DNA of 64,000 nucleotides from Amphiscolops sp. MND2022 (taxonomy: Eukaryota): assembly GCA_964187785.1 (NCBI GenBank), contig OZ076416.1:16616001-16680000 (forward strand). Direction: 5' to 3'. Both the position numbers and the translations under genes were made by a program. Shown here one piece after another: positions 36,901-50,587 of this stretch (the first letter of the stretch is position 1; the number at the start of each line of letters is the position of its first letter). Below the pieces are notes generated by a model. It ran no database searches. It worked only from the letters and a program-made list of their open reading frames with translations, and was not told the DNA's origin.

Positions 36901-39900
36901 AATATTTTCAGTTGCACTTGCTGACATTATATCCCCGCTTTTCCTCAAGGTGGCTAGCAAGTCAACATCGCCGTGATTAAATTTACAGTTACTTAACTTA
37001 TACATCACCAAATGTTGTTTTCGTTAAAATTACGGATAATTATCCATGTTTAAGCTACTTGGTAAATTGATTTTAGTGCTCTTTTCCAAATGCTAAACCA
37101 TTACTTCAGACATATTAAAATTGATCTTTACTTGTTAAAATCTCTACTCTCATTATCCTTACTATTCAATCAAATCATTACGCCTTTTATAAGTAAGTTA
37201 ACAATGTGATAGTTACACATAACATCAATCATTATTTTCCGAAAATGCCAGTTCTGATTACGTAATTGGTGGTGCTGAATGATGTCGCAAGAGCTAGTGG
37301 AGACTTTCACCTCACCTCTGTCACATTCACTCAATGGGTAGACTTTCATGACGTCATCACTTTTTCTACTCTGCCTACAGGAACATCCCTTTTTCAGTAT
37401 ATATGTATTTTTTTAACTCGCAAATTATTCTAGGGATAGCCTAATTATGCAATCCGGTACCTCTGGGAGTTGTTCACACTAAGTTTTCTGCCCACAATTT
37501 TGAAATGGACAAGACACCACTCATCAGTTTTATACTCGTTATTAGTTCGACATGATTGATTCAAGACTAAAGAAGTCTATGGGATCTATTTTGACACAAA
37601 GCGAAGGTGTTTTCTCTGTCACTTCTAAATGTAAATGCATTTTTGATAGTGCGCTTAAAAGGAAACTCATTATCAACAGTATTATATCGTATGGATACAG
37701 AAATTTATGCATTTTTGAACAGAAACTTTTGACACTTACTATACTGTACAGACTCAACCAAATTAGCTTTTTTGACAAATATCTAATTATTGAGATAAAG
37801 ACTGTTAGCGGGTCTAGTCGAGCGGCGAAGACTATTCATTACAGCAATCATTTTATGCAACTCAGTTTTAGATGTATCTCGAAGTTTCAGCTTTGGGTCT
37901 ATTTCCTATGATTCAGCTCAAAGTGAAGAAAGTGAATTGTTGATGATAAATTGTTTTATTAGTTGAAGAGAAATATTACAAGTTATATCAGTTATTTAGT
38001 GAAACATTTTATACTGAGTTAAGCTGTCTTCCCTGTCTGTATCTCTGTCTCGTCCGCCTTCCTCATCGCGGTTGATTGCGTCTGTTGTGTCATCCTGTGA
38101 TTGGCTGGTCATCGTGATTGGTTGATCTTATTATCTCCTCAACAAAATTCTGTTACTTTAGGGTGTGTTTTCATGACAAAGACCAGTTTTTGTTCGCACT
38201 AAGCAGCATTTGCTTGGATCTTAAAAACGTTCCAAAAAAAGTTAACCCTCAATGAAAAACTCTCAATAGAGGTTTAACCCTTTTGTCAGAACATATATGC
38301 AGCAGATTGAAACAAATCTGATCTCAATGACTGTCAAGGATTCCCAACGACTGATCGGGTCTTCGGCCAGTTCTTACCAGTCCTGGGGGAGTCCTGGAGC
38401 TAGCCTGCCAGAAAGTGATACAGTTTCAACATAAAACAACTTACGACTTAATTAAGAGCCCATAATTTCGAATTATTTTAGCTCGTTCAATAGTTTTACT
38501 TGTTCATTTTTCTGATCTTTCGTTCTCGTAGTGAAAATTTCTCGTAGAGTTTTTGAGGATGTTTTTGAGACTACTTTCCATTTATGGGCAGGTGATCTAT
38601 GAATAGCCAGGGGTGGTCCATTGATCAGTTTGTCGTTGTGAGTTTCGCACGTTCTTAAAAGTTTTTCAAATTTTGGTTTCACTTCCTGCCCAGGCCTGGA
38701 CCAGAACTCTCCAGGGATGCAATGCCATGGAGTCTAAGTACGGGAAAGTACCTATAAAGAGAAACCAGATTAGGACATTCTTTGTAGATAGGACAAATTC
38801 TATTTACTATGAGTAACAATTTGATGATAATAATAAAGCGAGTAATTATTCCATGAAAAATGTATGGAGATAGCATTGCATGCAATTATTTATACACTGT
38901 AAGTTTCAGTAAATCTAAAAACTAAATAAATCATACAAAAGGGTTCAAGTTCTAAATTATAAGAGCGCTCGTGCATAGGTCAAACTCAACCTACAAATAA
39001 TGGAAATTTCTCCTCTACTGCATCAACGAATCAAATTTTGGACAATCGCGTTACAACTCCGATCAAAAAACTCGTTACGTAAGTGATTGAAAAAACACTC
39101 TGAGAAAAAACAGTAATTCAATAACTTATTTTAAAAATCACCCACTTCTGGCCATCTTCAAACTAGAACAAGCTTTTTAATCAAAGGAGACCTATTTTTG
39201 TAAAATCAAATTACTAGTTTCAACCAAATGAGGGTGTTTCCTTTTTGAGAAGTCTGTCAATTTTTTTTCGGGGAAAAATTGGATATATGGCACTAATAAA
39301 TTTATTTTTCATACCGTGCTCACTTTAACACACTGCAATGTGTACAAACTGCTAGATTACTAGTGCAGAGGATAAATTTCATTTCTGTTTGTAAATAGAA
39401 AAAAAACTATAGTCAAGTCACATTGTAATTTTTGTCAATGTATTACGGATGTGAGCACCACTACTAACATTCAGCTGCAATTTTCCCTGATGTTTGAAAC
39501 AAAAGTATAATTTGAGCTTTGGAAGTTCATTGCGGAATTGTTTTTTCCGCTTTCTTCATTAAGAAGTCATAAGGGCTTTGAAAAATTACTTTTTGATCAT
39601 TAATGCCAGTGAAAACTTTTGCTTCCATTGAAGTTACTTGTATATTGAAGCAGTATGAATGGTGCCATTTGAATAAAAAACAAACTTGAGCAAATGGTTA
39701 TACTAAATTTGTTATGTCAGACAACTTGAAAAAAGTAGCAATTTTCTCGCCACAATCAAAGTAAGTTTTGTTACATTCTCACAAAAATTAAAATGTCATT
39801 AGTTGTGTTTCTTTTCAAAATTTCAAATAGCTGCTATCGACAAAATATTTTCTTTCGAATTCAAGAATTTGCAAAATTTTCCACAAGTATAAAGGTATTT

Positions 39901-39999
39901 ACCTATGTTAATACTTATATACTTATACACTGGTTATACACTTATACTTTCAAGTGCTTATACTAAGGTTCGGAAACCTACTTTTTAAATATATGTCTT

Positions 40000-40672
40000 A
40001 AACAAGCCGGGACCGGCCCAAGTCGGCGCCATATCCAAGGCTCAAAAATAGCAAAAAGACTTCCAAGTGTCAAGTACTCTTTTACAGTACTCGAAAATCG
40101 AAATTAAAAAAAAATTTCGAAAAATTTACATACTCAAAAAAATGGACCGAGTGGCGCGCCGGGGCTCGCTAGCGCGAGCCCCTGGCGCGCTAAAGTCTCA
40201 CAATGCCGAAAAACTGAAAGGGGGGACCCTTTGAGGTTTTTCAACATCCATTCTGTCGCAAAACATGAAAAAATTGAAGAAAACAAAAATTTTCATTTTC
40301 GGGAAAAAATCTCACAATGCCGAAAAAAACTGAAAGGGGGGACCCTTTGGGATTTTTCAACATCCATTCTGTCGCAAAACATCAAAAAAAATGCAGGGGG
40401 GACCCTTTGGGGAATTTTTTTTTTCGAAAAAATAAGTCTCGCAGTGCCGAAAAAATGAAAGGGGGGAGTCTTTGGTCTCGCCCGGTATGGTATGTTACGC
40501 GGAAAAACAGGAAAAAACCTTTTTGGTTCAGTTCGCTAGACCAAATAGTGCATTTTGATGCAATAATATTTTGTAGAACTTTTGTAGAACTATTTTGGTC
40601 AGTTCGTGTGGATAGAAAAAAAAAGAGTCACTATAATAGTCGCGTTTCACTTCATGAAGCGCCGACTAAAAA
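40000..40672 (-). mobile_element. Best-preserved HINE/DINE-1-like copy (673 bp) with internal ~115-125-bp tandem repeats
   Basis: Sub-TIRs AGTCGGCGC (40021-40029) and GCGCCGACT (40659-40667); terminal hairpin GCCGG-GA-CCGGC (40006-40017); A/T-tract ends, no TSD; CTCACAATGCCG units at 40197, 40311 and 40438. Confidence 0.85.
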
Positions 40673-41379
40673 TGATACCAGTTTTGTGAAACCTTTGAAG
40701 AATTGGTTCTGAAATAGAGCTAAAAGCAGCGTTATTTGACGTTTGTCCTACAAATAAAACCACAGAACTCTTGGAAACAATCAGTAACGTAAACATGAAA
40801 TTGTTAAAAATCTTTTTCAGGCTGTTGATCATTGGGTTTTAGGCAAAAATCTTTCATTAGAGGCACAAAAACTGTCACAAATTCAACCTTTTGATAACCA
40901 ACTCGACCTATATTAATGAGATGAGAAAGTAGGGGAAAATACTGTGTTATTCTTGGTATCCCGACCCTTGCTACTACGCAATTGGAAACTAGGAAATTTG
41001 CTACTACATGCAAAAAGCTCCTTAGCTAATTACTGCTAATTGGTTTCTAATACGGAGAGAATTATTTGTACTAAATAGTGAATTGTGAAATACTCAAATT
41101 TGCTGGAATTAGGGACAGTATTTGTCAAAACTGACGGTCCAGCAGTGGATTTGCTTGTCTTTTTAGACTCAAAATCAGAAAGGCTTACTAACACTCACAC
41201 ACTTAACAACTGTTAGATCCATGGTTAGACTTAGTAACAAACTACCTCCTAGTAGACGCTTGTAGTAAATTTTCTAGTAGCAAACGCCCTTAAACCGTTA
41301 ATCTTGGCGAGCATAAAAAATTCGGAAGAAAAGATCCTGCTAACCTCAAGACTTCTATCCTTCTTAAAAAGAAAAAAAT

Positions 41380-41580
41380 TACCAGAAAGAGGTTTTTCCA
41401 AGAACATTAATAGCAGCTTGTAACTCAGAACCTAATTGCGGCTGCTGATTTTTCCAACTAGGTCCAATGAGTCGCAACACTCAATGAAGTGATTTTTTAC
41501 ACTTGTCTTTAAAAGATGCTGATTTTCTTCCGAAAAGCATCTCGGATAGCTGGTTTTCAGTCATCGAACTGTGCGAATAA
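41380..41580. repeat. Second copy of the 29925-30135 repeat
   Basis: Direct sequence similarity over about 200 bp. Confidence 0.85.
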
Positions 41581-41971
41581 CATAACTTCCAAAACTGTAC
41601 ACATTGGGCTAATTTATCCAAAAATTAACAATTTTCGGGGTTTCGTGTTATTTTGTGGCACTTTTTGGCATAATAAGGTCAAAAATAGGAACATTTCGAA
41701 ATTTTCTATTTTTTGGGTTCAATTTAGTCGTTTCCAAATTTTCAACTAGCACATTTCCCACCTAACCCAGTTTAAGGTAGTTGAGTTCTGTGGAAAAACC
41801 CTTATCATTTGAGTATGAAACTGGATGATGGCAAAGTTGGGAAAAACGGGGCTCAGTTGGCAATTGAAATATAGGCAAAAAATGAAAACATAATTTGCAT
41901 AAAGCAGCTTCACGACGTTGCTATTTCGCACCCTTGTTCCACATATGATAAATGAGTTGAATTTTGTGAGT

Positions 41972-43127
41972 TTTTAGTCGGCGTTTTGAAAGAAAAAGCA
42001 CGACTCTTACAGTGGCTACTTTTTTTCGTCAATTCAAGGCGATCGGTCCACTTTTTGTTCAATGTGCACGTTTACCATAATTACTTAGTACTTCATTTTG
42101 AACGCATCCAAAGCCTCTAACATGGAAAACCCAACCTTTCCAAACCTTTTCTACTTTTTTTGACACTATCCTCGACAGTACACCGAGAAGTCGAAAAATT
42201 TTTTCAAAGCTTCATTTCTCCACAAATAATAGCCGCAACTCCAATCGGTTTTCTGTTCCTGAAAGCACTTTACCTAAGCTTTCAAATGCGCACTAGTTAG
42301 GTCGGGAGTTGGCGCCACTTGTTGGGGTGAGAGCGCCATCCCGGCTATGCCGGGCCTTTCGAATATCGGTTGAACTCATGACTGAAGCTTCATTGAAAAA
42401 AACTTCTATATGCGTTTTCAATGGTGGCAAACTGTGTTACTAGAGTGGGGCAGTAACTTAGCAAACAGTTCCTCAGTTATTGAGAAAAAAATGAATTTTC
42501 TGAAATGTACGAAAAAAAAATCGAAATGGCTCGAAAAAAATCTATATTGATACAAATAACAATTCACACCAGATAGTCCAATAGATTGTTGATAAGAAAG
42601 ACAATTTTTCGTTTTCCTCTAGGTTTTTTGCGTGTCGTTATTATTGATTGCGAAAAATATCGCTGTCCTCATTTGAGGACGAAATCACTGTCGAGGCTAT
42701 GAGACTTCCCGCTTTTTTCGGCTTTGTGAGACTTTTTTTCGAAAATTTTTTAATGTCTCCGAGGGGGTCCCCCTTCAATTTTTTCAATATTTTGCAACAG
42801 AATAGATGCTAAAAAATCCCAAAGGGTCTCTTTTTTAGCGTTTTCGGCACTCGGCGACTTACCGAAGACATTTTTCAATAAAAAAATTCCAAAAATCTTT
42901 TTCTCAATTTTTCGTTTCTTTAGAGGTTTTCGGTTGAGCAAGATGGGTTTTTTGCTGTTTCCTGTTGGGTAAAAGGTGATTTGAAGTCTTATGCGTATCC
43001 CTTCGGGTATTTTTCTGCAGTGTAAAATTGATGAAATTTTAACGATAGTGTCCTTTTGCATATTTAAAAAACTTTTAACTTTTTAACCTTAGAGGGGCAC
43101 CAACTTGGGCCGTTCCCGGTTTGTTTT
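41972..43127 (+). mobile_element. Long-variant HINE-like copy or two fragments
   Basis: 5' TTTTTAGTCGGCGTTTTG at 41972; family-type interior at ~42715-43090; 3' GGCACCAACTTGGGCCGTTCCCGGTTTGTTTT. 42030-42700 is unassigned. Confidence 0.6.
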
Positions 43128-44504
43128 CAGTAAGAGACCATCAAGGGGGAGGTCAAAAGTTGACTGAATTCTACAAATGACATTGTAGCTGACCTGCAAT
43201 TGTTGTTGACCTCAGAGTCAGCTTCTACAAGAGTTTGGCGAACGTAAATTGAGTTTCCTTACCTCCATTGATGTCCGTTCGAACTGAAGGGGTCAATTTT
43301 TCTGTGATCAATTTTTACAATAGTGATGCACTGGAGCGATATTGGACCAAAGCGTTTTGGACCAAAAAAATAGTATTCTATCTAAACAGTCATTCAAAAC
43401 TTTTTCTTTAGTCTTTCCGGTGGAATACGGAAATTAATTCAGATTCAACCGGGCGTCTTTCAATCAGATTCCGATCCGACAAGCATCTTGAAAAGCAAGT
43501 TGAAAGCAAGCCTGTTTTAATAGGCATGACTCATCTCAAACCCTAAGGTGCTGTTTCATGTGAACTCACGAATAAAGCTTGACTACTTAATTACAAAACC
43601 AAATTAAAACATGAGCTCAAAGACAAGCATTTCAAGTCTCGTCCCAGCGGGTATTCAACAAGAGAATGAATTGTAGATCCCGGTTCTTTTTCTTGTAAGA
43701 ACAGAAAATTAATGAAAGAAACAACATTTTACATTTTGTCCTGATTCGAAAGAACACATATTTGTAGCTTAAGCCAAATTCGAATACCATGTGATCTAAA
43801 ACACTGATTTCTCTGGCACCGAACTACTATTTAAATGTTTCTATTTGTGTAACTTTGAGATTTCACCCAGTCAGGACGTTTGTCCAAACCAGCGTGTCAA
43901 AACTAATTTGTTTTCACAACATTTTGTAAGTGTTATTCTTAAGGAAAGCTTAGGAGGATTGTCAGTTTATGACATAACGGCGACATGTTATAAAGACATG
44001 ATCTCAAGAATGGATTGGCGCAAAATATTGCGAAATATTGATATGAACTTACGTTTGGATTGATATAATACAACGACGTTGTTCATTCTCCGTTATTATA
44101 AATCTCAAGAACCTTCGACGATTCTTTTCAAAATTATCAAAACATGGGACATGACTTAACACAATATCACCGCTTTCCGATTCATTTAATTATTTATAGT
44201 CCCAAGTTTCTCAATTCCTTATTTAAAAAAGTTTTTTTCACAATGAATTTTTTTATTCATGATACCATCAAATATTTCGAAAGCGCATTGACTAAATAAA
44301 TGCAAGTGTTTCAAGGGAAAAATCGATTTTGCTCATTTTGAGCTTTTACGGTATCAAACAGTTATTACACCCCTTCATTGCAAACTCAACTCTATGAAAA
44401 TTTCAACGAGCAAAAAGAATTCGAATGACGTAATAGGTCTAGTGTTTTTGAAAACAGCTGACAATGTCACTGAAAGTCAAGCGAATTTTCAAACGTCGCA
44501 TGTA

Positions 44505-45170
44505 GAGCAGCTTTCACAAATATGACAACTCCCTTGCTTAAAATAGCAGATTTCAAATCCTAATATCTTGAAAACTGCCACGACCAAAAAATCGTCAGAT
44601 GGAAAATTTTAGTCGATTTTTGTAGTGTTCAAAAATATTTGTTTGAAAGTTCTGCAACAGAAAATACAAAACTTAGACATTTTAAATTTTGACAAAATTT
44701 AATCAAATTAGCACAATTTCTTAATTTTAAAAACGTTGAAAAATATTTTTCTAAACTTTTTAGCCAAGTTTTTGCCATCCTCTTTGCGGACAACTCGCCG
44801 AATGCAACTCGTCGAAAACAGCTCGTCGAAATCAAAGGGCGGAAAACTCGTCGAAAATTAACTCGTCGAATAATATTTCGGCGAGGTGCTTTTCGATGAG
44901 TTTTCCGCCTAGTATTTTCGACGAGTTGTTTTCGGCGAGTTGTTTTCTTGAGGATGTTGGTATAAATTGATCCAAAATTTTTGAAATTTGAAATTAGTCA
45001 AATTTCATGGGTTAAAATTTCTCAAACACGGGTCGTAAAAATTTCATCCCAACTTTTTGTAAACAAGATAAATATCGGAGAAGTTGTTGTATTTGCAACA
45101 GTTCACGAGATATTTGGTTTTGAATTTTGCCATTTTAAGCAATTGAGTTGCGTTATTTTAGGACGCTAAT
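44505..45170. mobile_element. Degenerate copy of the 28198-29167 MITE family
   Basis: CAACTCCCTTGCTTAAAATAGCAGATTTCAAATCC at left and GAGATATTTGGTTTTGAATTTTGCCATTTTAAGCAATTGAGTTGCG at right mirror its TIRs. Confidence 0.7.
44776..44956. repeat. 181-bp inverted array of AACTCGTCGAAAA-type repeats nested in the MITE
   Basis: CATCCTC...ACAACTCGCC left and GGCGAGTTGT...GAGGATG right. Confidence 0.75.
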
Positions 45171-46672
45171 GCACACTCTCTTCTATGTTTTCAACACATT
45201 CTCACTAATTCTTTGCATGCTTCAGAAAATGACACAGTGACATCGAATCGTTCAACTCGGAAAATGTGCAGAAACTCGCATGGGAAAATGAATGCGATCC
45301 CTCAAGTATTTTGTTTTGAAATCCCATTAAGTATTTTGTCCTCAATTGGAGGAGTGGTTTAAAAAATGAGGAAAAAAGTGCTTTGAATATTAAGTCAAAC
45401 GTCGTCACAATCAGTCGTTTCACAAAAAACTGTAATTTTAGAAAATGGTCGTTTCAAAATGATTCTTTCGCCTTCTTTAATCGGAATACATTATTTTTGA
45501 TCACTCTCACGTTTTTTTTTCGGGTTTAAATTTCTAAGACTAATTGAAGACTTTGATGAATTCCCTGAAAGTTGAAAGCCCAACGAATTTTTTGGCAAAT
45601 CAACTTGCATTGATGATGAAGAGGATTTGATCTAGCGGACAAAGTTCACGTTCGCAACGAGTATCTTGATAAATAAATTATTTAACCGAGTATAATAATT
45701 TAACCGAGTTTTACAAAAATGCATTAAAATATGAGAAACCAATGGAGCATGAATTTTTTCAAAGAATTTACTACAGAAAGATTGAAGATATTTCTAATTC
45801 TTTGAATCTAGAGAAAACTGACCAAGCAGCAAAATTAAAAGTTGCTTTGAAATTTGCAAATTAAAGATATTTTGCAACAACTTTTTATTTTTGGAGCGTT
45901 TTGATGTGCAATTATTTCCATTATGAAATTGAAATTTGGATCAAAATTACGCTTGCTTCCCAATTTGATTCGGTCAGTGATTTTTGCGGAAAGTAGAAAA
46001 ACAATTTCGGTCTAAATTTTAATCATTTTAGTGACTTTCTGAGATAAGAAGTTGCATCCGCCAGTATTCACCAGGTTCTAAGCTGACTCCGTGATTGCCA
46101 TATATGGAAATATGCCACACCCTTTTTTGAAGTACTTTCGCGATTCTTCATGCTTACAATACTTTGTTCACGTTTTGTTCATGTTGTTAGTAGAAAAATC
46201 ATTTACGCCTTTTACAGACATTTTCCCGTAATAGGCGGGCAGCTTTTTATTTGATTGATTATTTTTTACCCCGTTTTGCCCCCAAGTCCGGAGAGAAAAT
46301 CATCAGATCAAAAACAGAAGAAAAAAAAATTTTTAATCCAAAGCCTGAAGGTATGGGCGTTCCGCGCCTTAAATATAAATGTATAAACGAGTTATGTAGT
46401 TATAAGAAACGTATTGAGGGACATGGTATGTTTGTAAAACAATACGTTATAAATACATGTATTCGCCAAGTTTAAATCTGGGTCCAATTAGTGCTTATAA
46501 TTGCAGGGGCTATAAATAATAATCCCGGCTTACGCGCCACATGCACGGGTAGGAAATGAAATGAAAACTTGCAGACATTGTTCCGCTGATTTATGAAGAG
46601 CACGTCAAGTGATCGTTACTTCATATTAACACCATAAACCTTTGCGTGAAAAGTGGAAATTTCCGCAAATTA

Positions 46673-46700
46673 TTACGTCACCAATCGAATTATGACGTCA
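46673..46700. promoter_or_regulatory. Cluster of CRE-type/CCAAT motifs (possible promoter)
   Basis: TTACGTCA (46673), CCAAT (46681), TGACGTCA (46693) in non-repeat DNA; no linked gene demonstrated. Confidence 0.3.
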
Positions 46701-49578
46701 AAAAACTCACAAGACAGTTTAACCCCGTTTTAGCTTTCTGGATTTTTAAATAATGCATTTTTCATGGCAGTGCAAAGCAGGAGACTGTGAAATGTCGGTT
46801 GTAAGATTTGGCAAGAAAACTGCAGCTTTATGTATTCAGTTAATTGCTCTTTTATGATTGCTATCTCCGCTAAAATTATATTTGTAATAAATTGCCGTAA
46901 AATCACCTGTACAGCAAATGTCTCTACGGTGAAAGACTGCTTTACCTACCAACCGCATATACCTCCTGCTTTTTCTTTCGTTTGCTTGCATGTATATTTG
47001 TTATTTCATCGCTTTTTCAACTATCCTACGTCTAAAGTATACCTCATAGATAGATACACATCTCACACTATCTATATTTTTTCCTTCTTTTTTCTCTCCC
47101 CCCCCCCCCTCCCGCCTTCGCCTCATTTCTATTCTTTCAACTCTTGCTATCATTTTTATCACTCGCGCTTTTTCACTTGAAATTAATTTAACGCACCTTT
47201 ATTTATTATATCTCTCACCTTACCGAGTTTTTCTTCCCTTTATCTTTCCTCCCCATACGTTTCAGTGCATCTCAACAACCGCAGAGCAAAACAAAAACAA
47301 CAAGAACTGAAGAAGCTCCTTATAACAGACACAGACGCACCTATAAATATTTTGGCCGTGTCAAAAAACTCCCACTGTTAATGTAGTGGAAAATGAGTGA
47401 ATTTTAATCGCACATTTTTGATGCTAATTTATGAAGAAAAAAGTAGATAACTAATTATAGCTGAACAGCAAAATGCCAATTACTCGGTGAAAAGTACACC
47501 TACGTTTGTTATATTTTACTCTCTGGTGTATTTTCTCCAGGTAAGAAAATTTGTCTCCAATCTTTTTGTGAGCTATCCTATCCGTTTTCCTTTTTTACCC
47601 CTTGACATTTACAAAATTGCTAATGCTCGTACGAATATGCCTGAATGCCGCCTTTGTTTTATTTAGACCATGGATGTCATGCTAACTGGAATAATGAAAA
47701 ACGATAAAACGAAAAAGTATTTCAAATTTGATTTAAAACGACTGTTCATTAGATCAAAAGAGCCGAATAAGCTATTTTCAAATCAGTTCCCCGAAGCAGT
47801 AATTATAACAATTTAATTCACTTGGTTATTCTTGTTACAAATACAGAGTATAAATTATCAAAATTTTGATGCCAAAAAGCCCCCCAAAGATAGGAACTCG
47901 AAATTATTACTTATCTAAATTTTTAGTGCACTGTGTTTCAAATTAAAAACCTTTGAAGAATAATGCATTTCATCTCAACAAACATCGCCACAACTTTTTG
48001 AGCAGTCGATTGAAAAAATATCCCTGCACTGAGACTCCATGGCATTCCATTCCGTGGCATTCCGTTTGACATTCAAATATTTTAACTAAAACAATTAACT
48101 GAACAACGTATTAAAAAGCACTTAGTCCCAACGAAAGAAAGGGGTAAATGTTTATTGACGCTATATGAAATTTTGGGCCGACCATTATATTGGTATCTTC
48201 TCATTTTTTATATTCCGTATTTCATTCTTTTGGTTGACCACTTGGATGCAACTTGGTATTATACTTTGCCTAACTACTTAGCATACTCTTGTATAGAGTG
48301 TCCACTTTTGTGTCCACATTGGATTTTGTATACACTTATGAATACTCTTGATGTATGTCATGTATTTCAATCCAATGAAATTCAATGTCATACTCTTGTA
48401 TAGAGAAATATTCTTTTTGTTTTAAAATATAAGTATAAAACTAACCAAAAGTGTTTTTTTACAAACCAAAAATTATTTGTTGTAATTTCGTAGTTTATTG
48501 GCAATGAATGACCCTTTACATTTCATAGCTAATATAAGTCGTTGCGAAAAAATCCCAGTGTTTTTAAAATGGTTAAGAACACAGTCGAATATTCAACTTT
48601 TTTTTCAACGAAGTAGAAACGATATTCTGATTCTGATGTAAGGCATTTTGGAAATCAATTTTTGCTACTTAGTGGATAAATTACCGACACGCTTTTAAAC
48701 GTTTTACCTTTTCTGACTAAGTACTAAATGATCAAGAGCTAATCAATCCTATTCAGCTGAAAATCGACAACGTCTTGGAAAGAAATGGATTGATCAGAAG
48801 CGGAAAAAGCTGAGAACCAGAAAAGAGGAATTGCTTTCTTCTTTCAACTGAATAAATCGTGTTAATTATCCAAAGATTCTGAATTGCAGATAAATTTGAT
48901 GGCGTAGTACCTACCTACTACATTAGTCTAATGCGCCAGCTTATTGAGCTTAGCAGATCGAAATTAAATTTGAATTATTCGTGAAATGTTGTAGCTAACA
49001 AAAACACAGCAATCATCGAAAAAAATACTTCAGCTTTCGTCCTAAGGTTTTTGCATTTGGTTTGAGTGCAACTAAAGGCACAAAACAAGCAAAAGCACTG
49101 AATTTATATTTAGTCAGTCACCATTTTTTTATGTGACAAAATGGAAACCGTTTTCCTAAAAGATTTTTATTTCAACATTTGCCCATATATAAATTTGATA
49201 ATATAGATTTTTTGAACTCGAAACCTGCCATAAATTGGTGCTAAGAGCCCCCTGATAAAATATAGCTTCCGATAAGCAATTAAAATCAATTCCTATGCAA
49301 ACACGATCACGCGCTTCATGAAAACTTTCAGTGTTCATTCATGTAGATTTTTTTCATGACGCTTCACGATTTTCAAGTTGAAAATAAAGCTACTGTATGC
49401 TCTAACAAAATGTAAAAAATGTATTTAAATATCATTTTGAGTCTGAAATAAATCTATTTTATGAGAAAAAAGAATATGTTCCATTATCTCATGAAAACAA
49501 AAATAATTGCATACTTGAAAATATGTTGTTTATGCCAATTGTCATTTTAAAAAAGATGATATAGTATAGCTGAATACG

Positions 49579-50305
49579 GGAGGCGGAAATTTCGTCGTCA
49601 GAAATTTCGTCGTCGGAAATTTCGTCGTAGTAAATTAGGTCGTATTAGCAAATCCAGAAATTTCGTCGTCAGAAAATTTGTCGTCAGAAATTTCGTCGTA
49701 TTGATTAGAATAACAGCGTTCACCAAAAAATATCATTTGAATTATTCAATTAGTTAATTATTAAAATGAGATCTAAAGAACAAGTTTCATTTTGACACCA
49801 AAATTGAGTCAAAAAGTTAATTGCATTCAATCAACTGAGCAATGGTATATTTTCAGTCCTATCGGTGTAACTACTTCTCGGGCTTTACAATACAATTTAA
49901 GTTTGTTCCAGGGGGAATTTTTGCTTTTCTTTTGTCAGAAAATTATTTGAAAAACTTGGTAATTTTTGCTTCAAGTGTCGAAACAACTTCGTGTTCGGGG
50001 GATAAGAAACAACGTGTATCTGGGGGATAAGGTCCGAAACTGTTTCTCTCAAAACCATAACTGAAAGTAGTCAATGATAGTAATAATTGTACAATTATCG
50101 ATAATTATTAAGACTCAATAATAAAGCAATTCCTATTAGATTAAAGAAAATGCGACGTTTTATAGAACGTAATCACCGGCGACGAAAATTCTGACGACGA
50201 AATTTCTGACGACGAAATTTCTGACAACGAAATTTCCGACGACGAAATTTCTTGCGACGAAATTTCTGACGACGAAGTTTCCGACGACGAAATTTCTGGT
50301 AATCC
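49579..50305. mobile_element. 727-bp MITE, GG...CC termini, 8-bp TSD, inverted 15-bp arrays (Merlin-like by inference)
   Basis: TGAATACG at 49571-49578 and 50306-50313; left GAAATTTCGTCGTC repeats; right GACGACGAAATTTC repeats ending GGTAATCC. Confidence 0.85.
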
Positions 50306-50419
50306 TGAATACGTTCGCCAACAAGTAGCTCGTCCAAATAACAGAGAATTCATTAACAAATCAACAAGCCGGGAAGCGCCCAATTCGGCGCCCGCTAAAG
50401 GTTCGAAGTATGATCTTTG

Positions 50420-50502
50420 CAAGAATCTTGCAATGGGATTCATTAATGCCAAGATTTAGCAAGAATTTGATCGCCACGATTCTACTAAGCGGGTCAACCC
50501 TG
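50420..50502. mobile_element. Right-end relic of the 13445-14526 family
   Basis: GCAAGAATCTTGC...GCCAAGATTTAGCAAG...GGGTCAACCCTGG. Confidence 0.6.
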
Positions 50503-50587
50503 GTGGGCATCAAGCAATAGTTTCAATTGGATAGATAAACAGCCGTTCTAATGCGTTCCCAGTTTTAAGTACACAAAACAGAACTGG

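Noticed and set aside
37552-37911. 119-aa plus-strand ORF
   Set aside because: No motif, AT-rich composition, no splice or homology support.
45500-46150. Possible Tc1/mariner transposase relic (YSP.L...HIW-like)
   Set aside because: Needs several assumed frameshifts; catalytic residues and TIRs not found.
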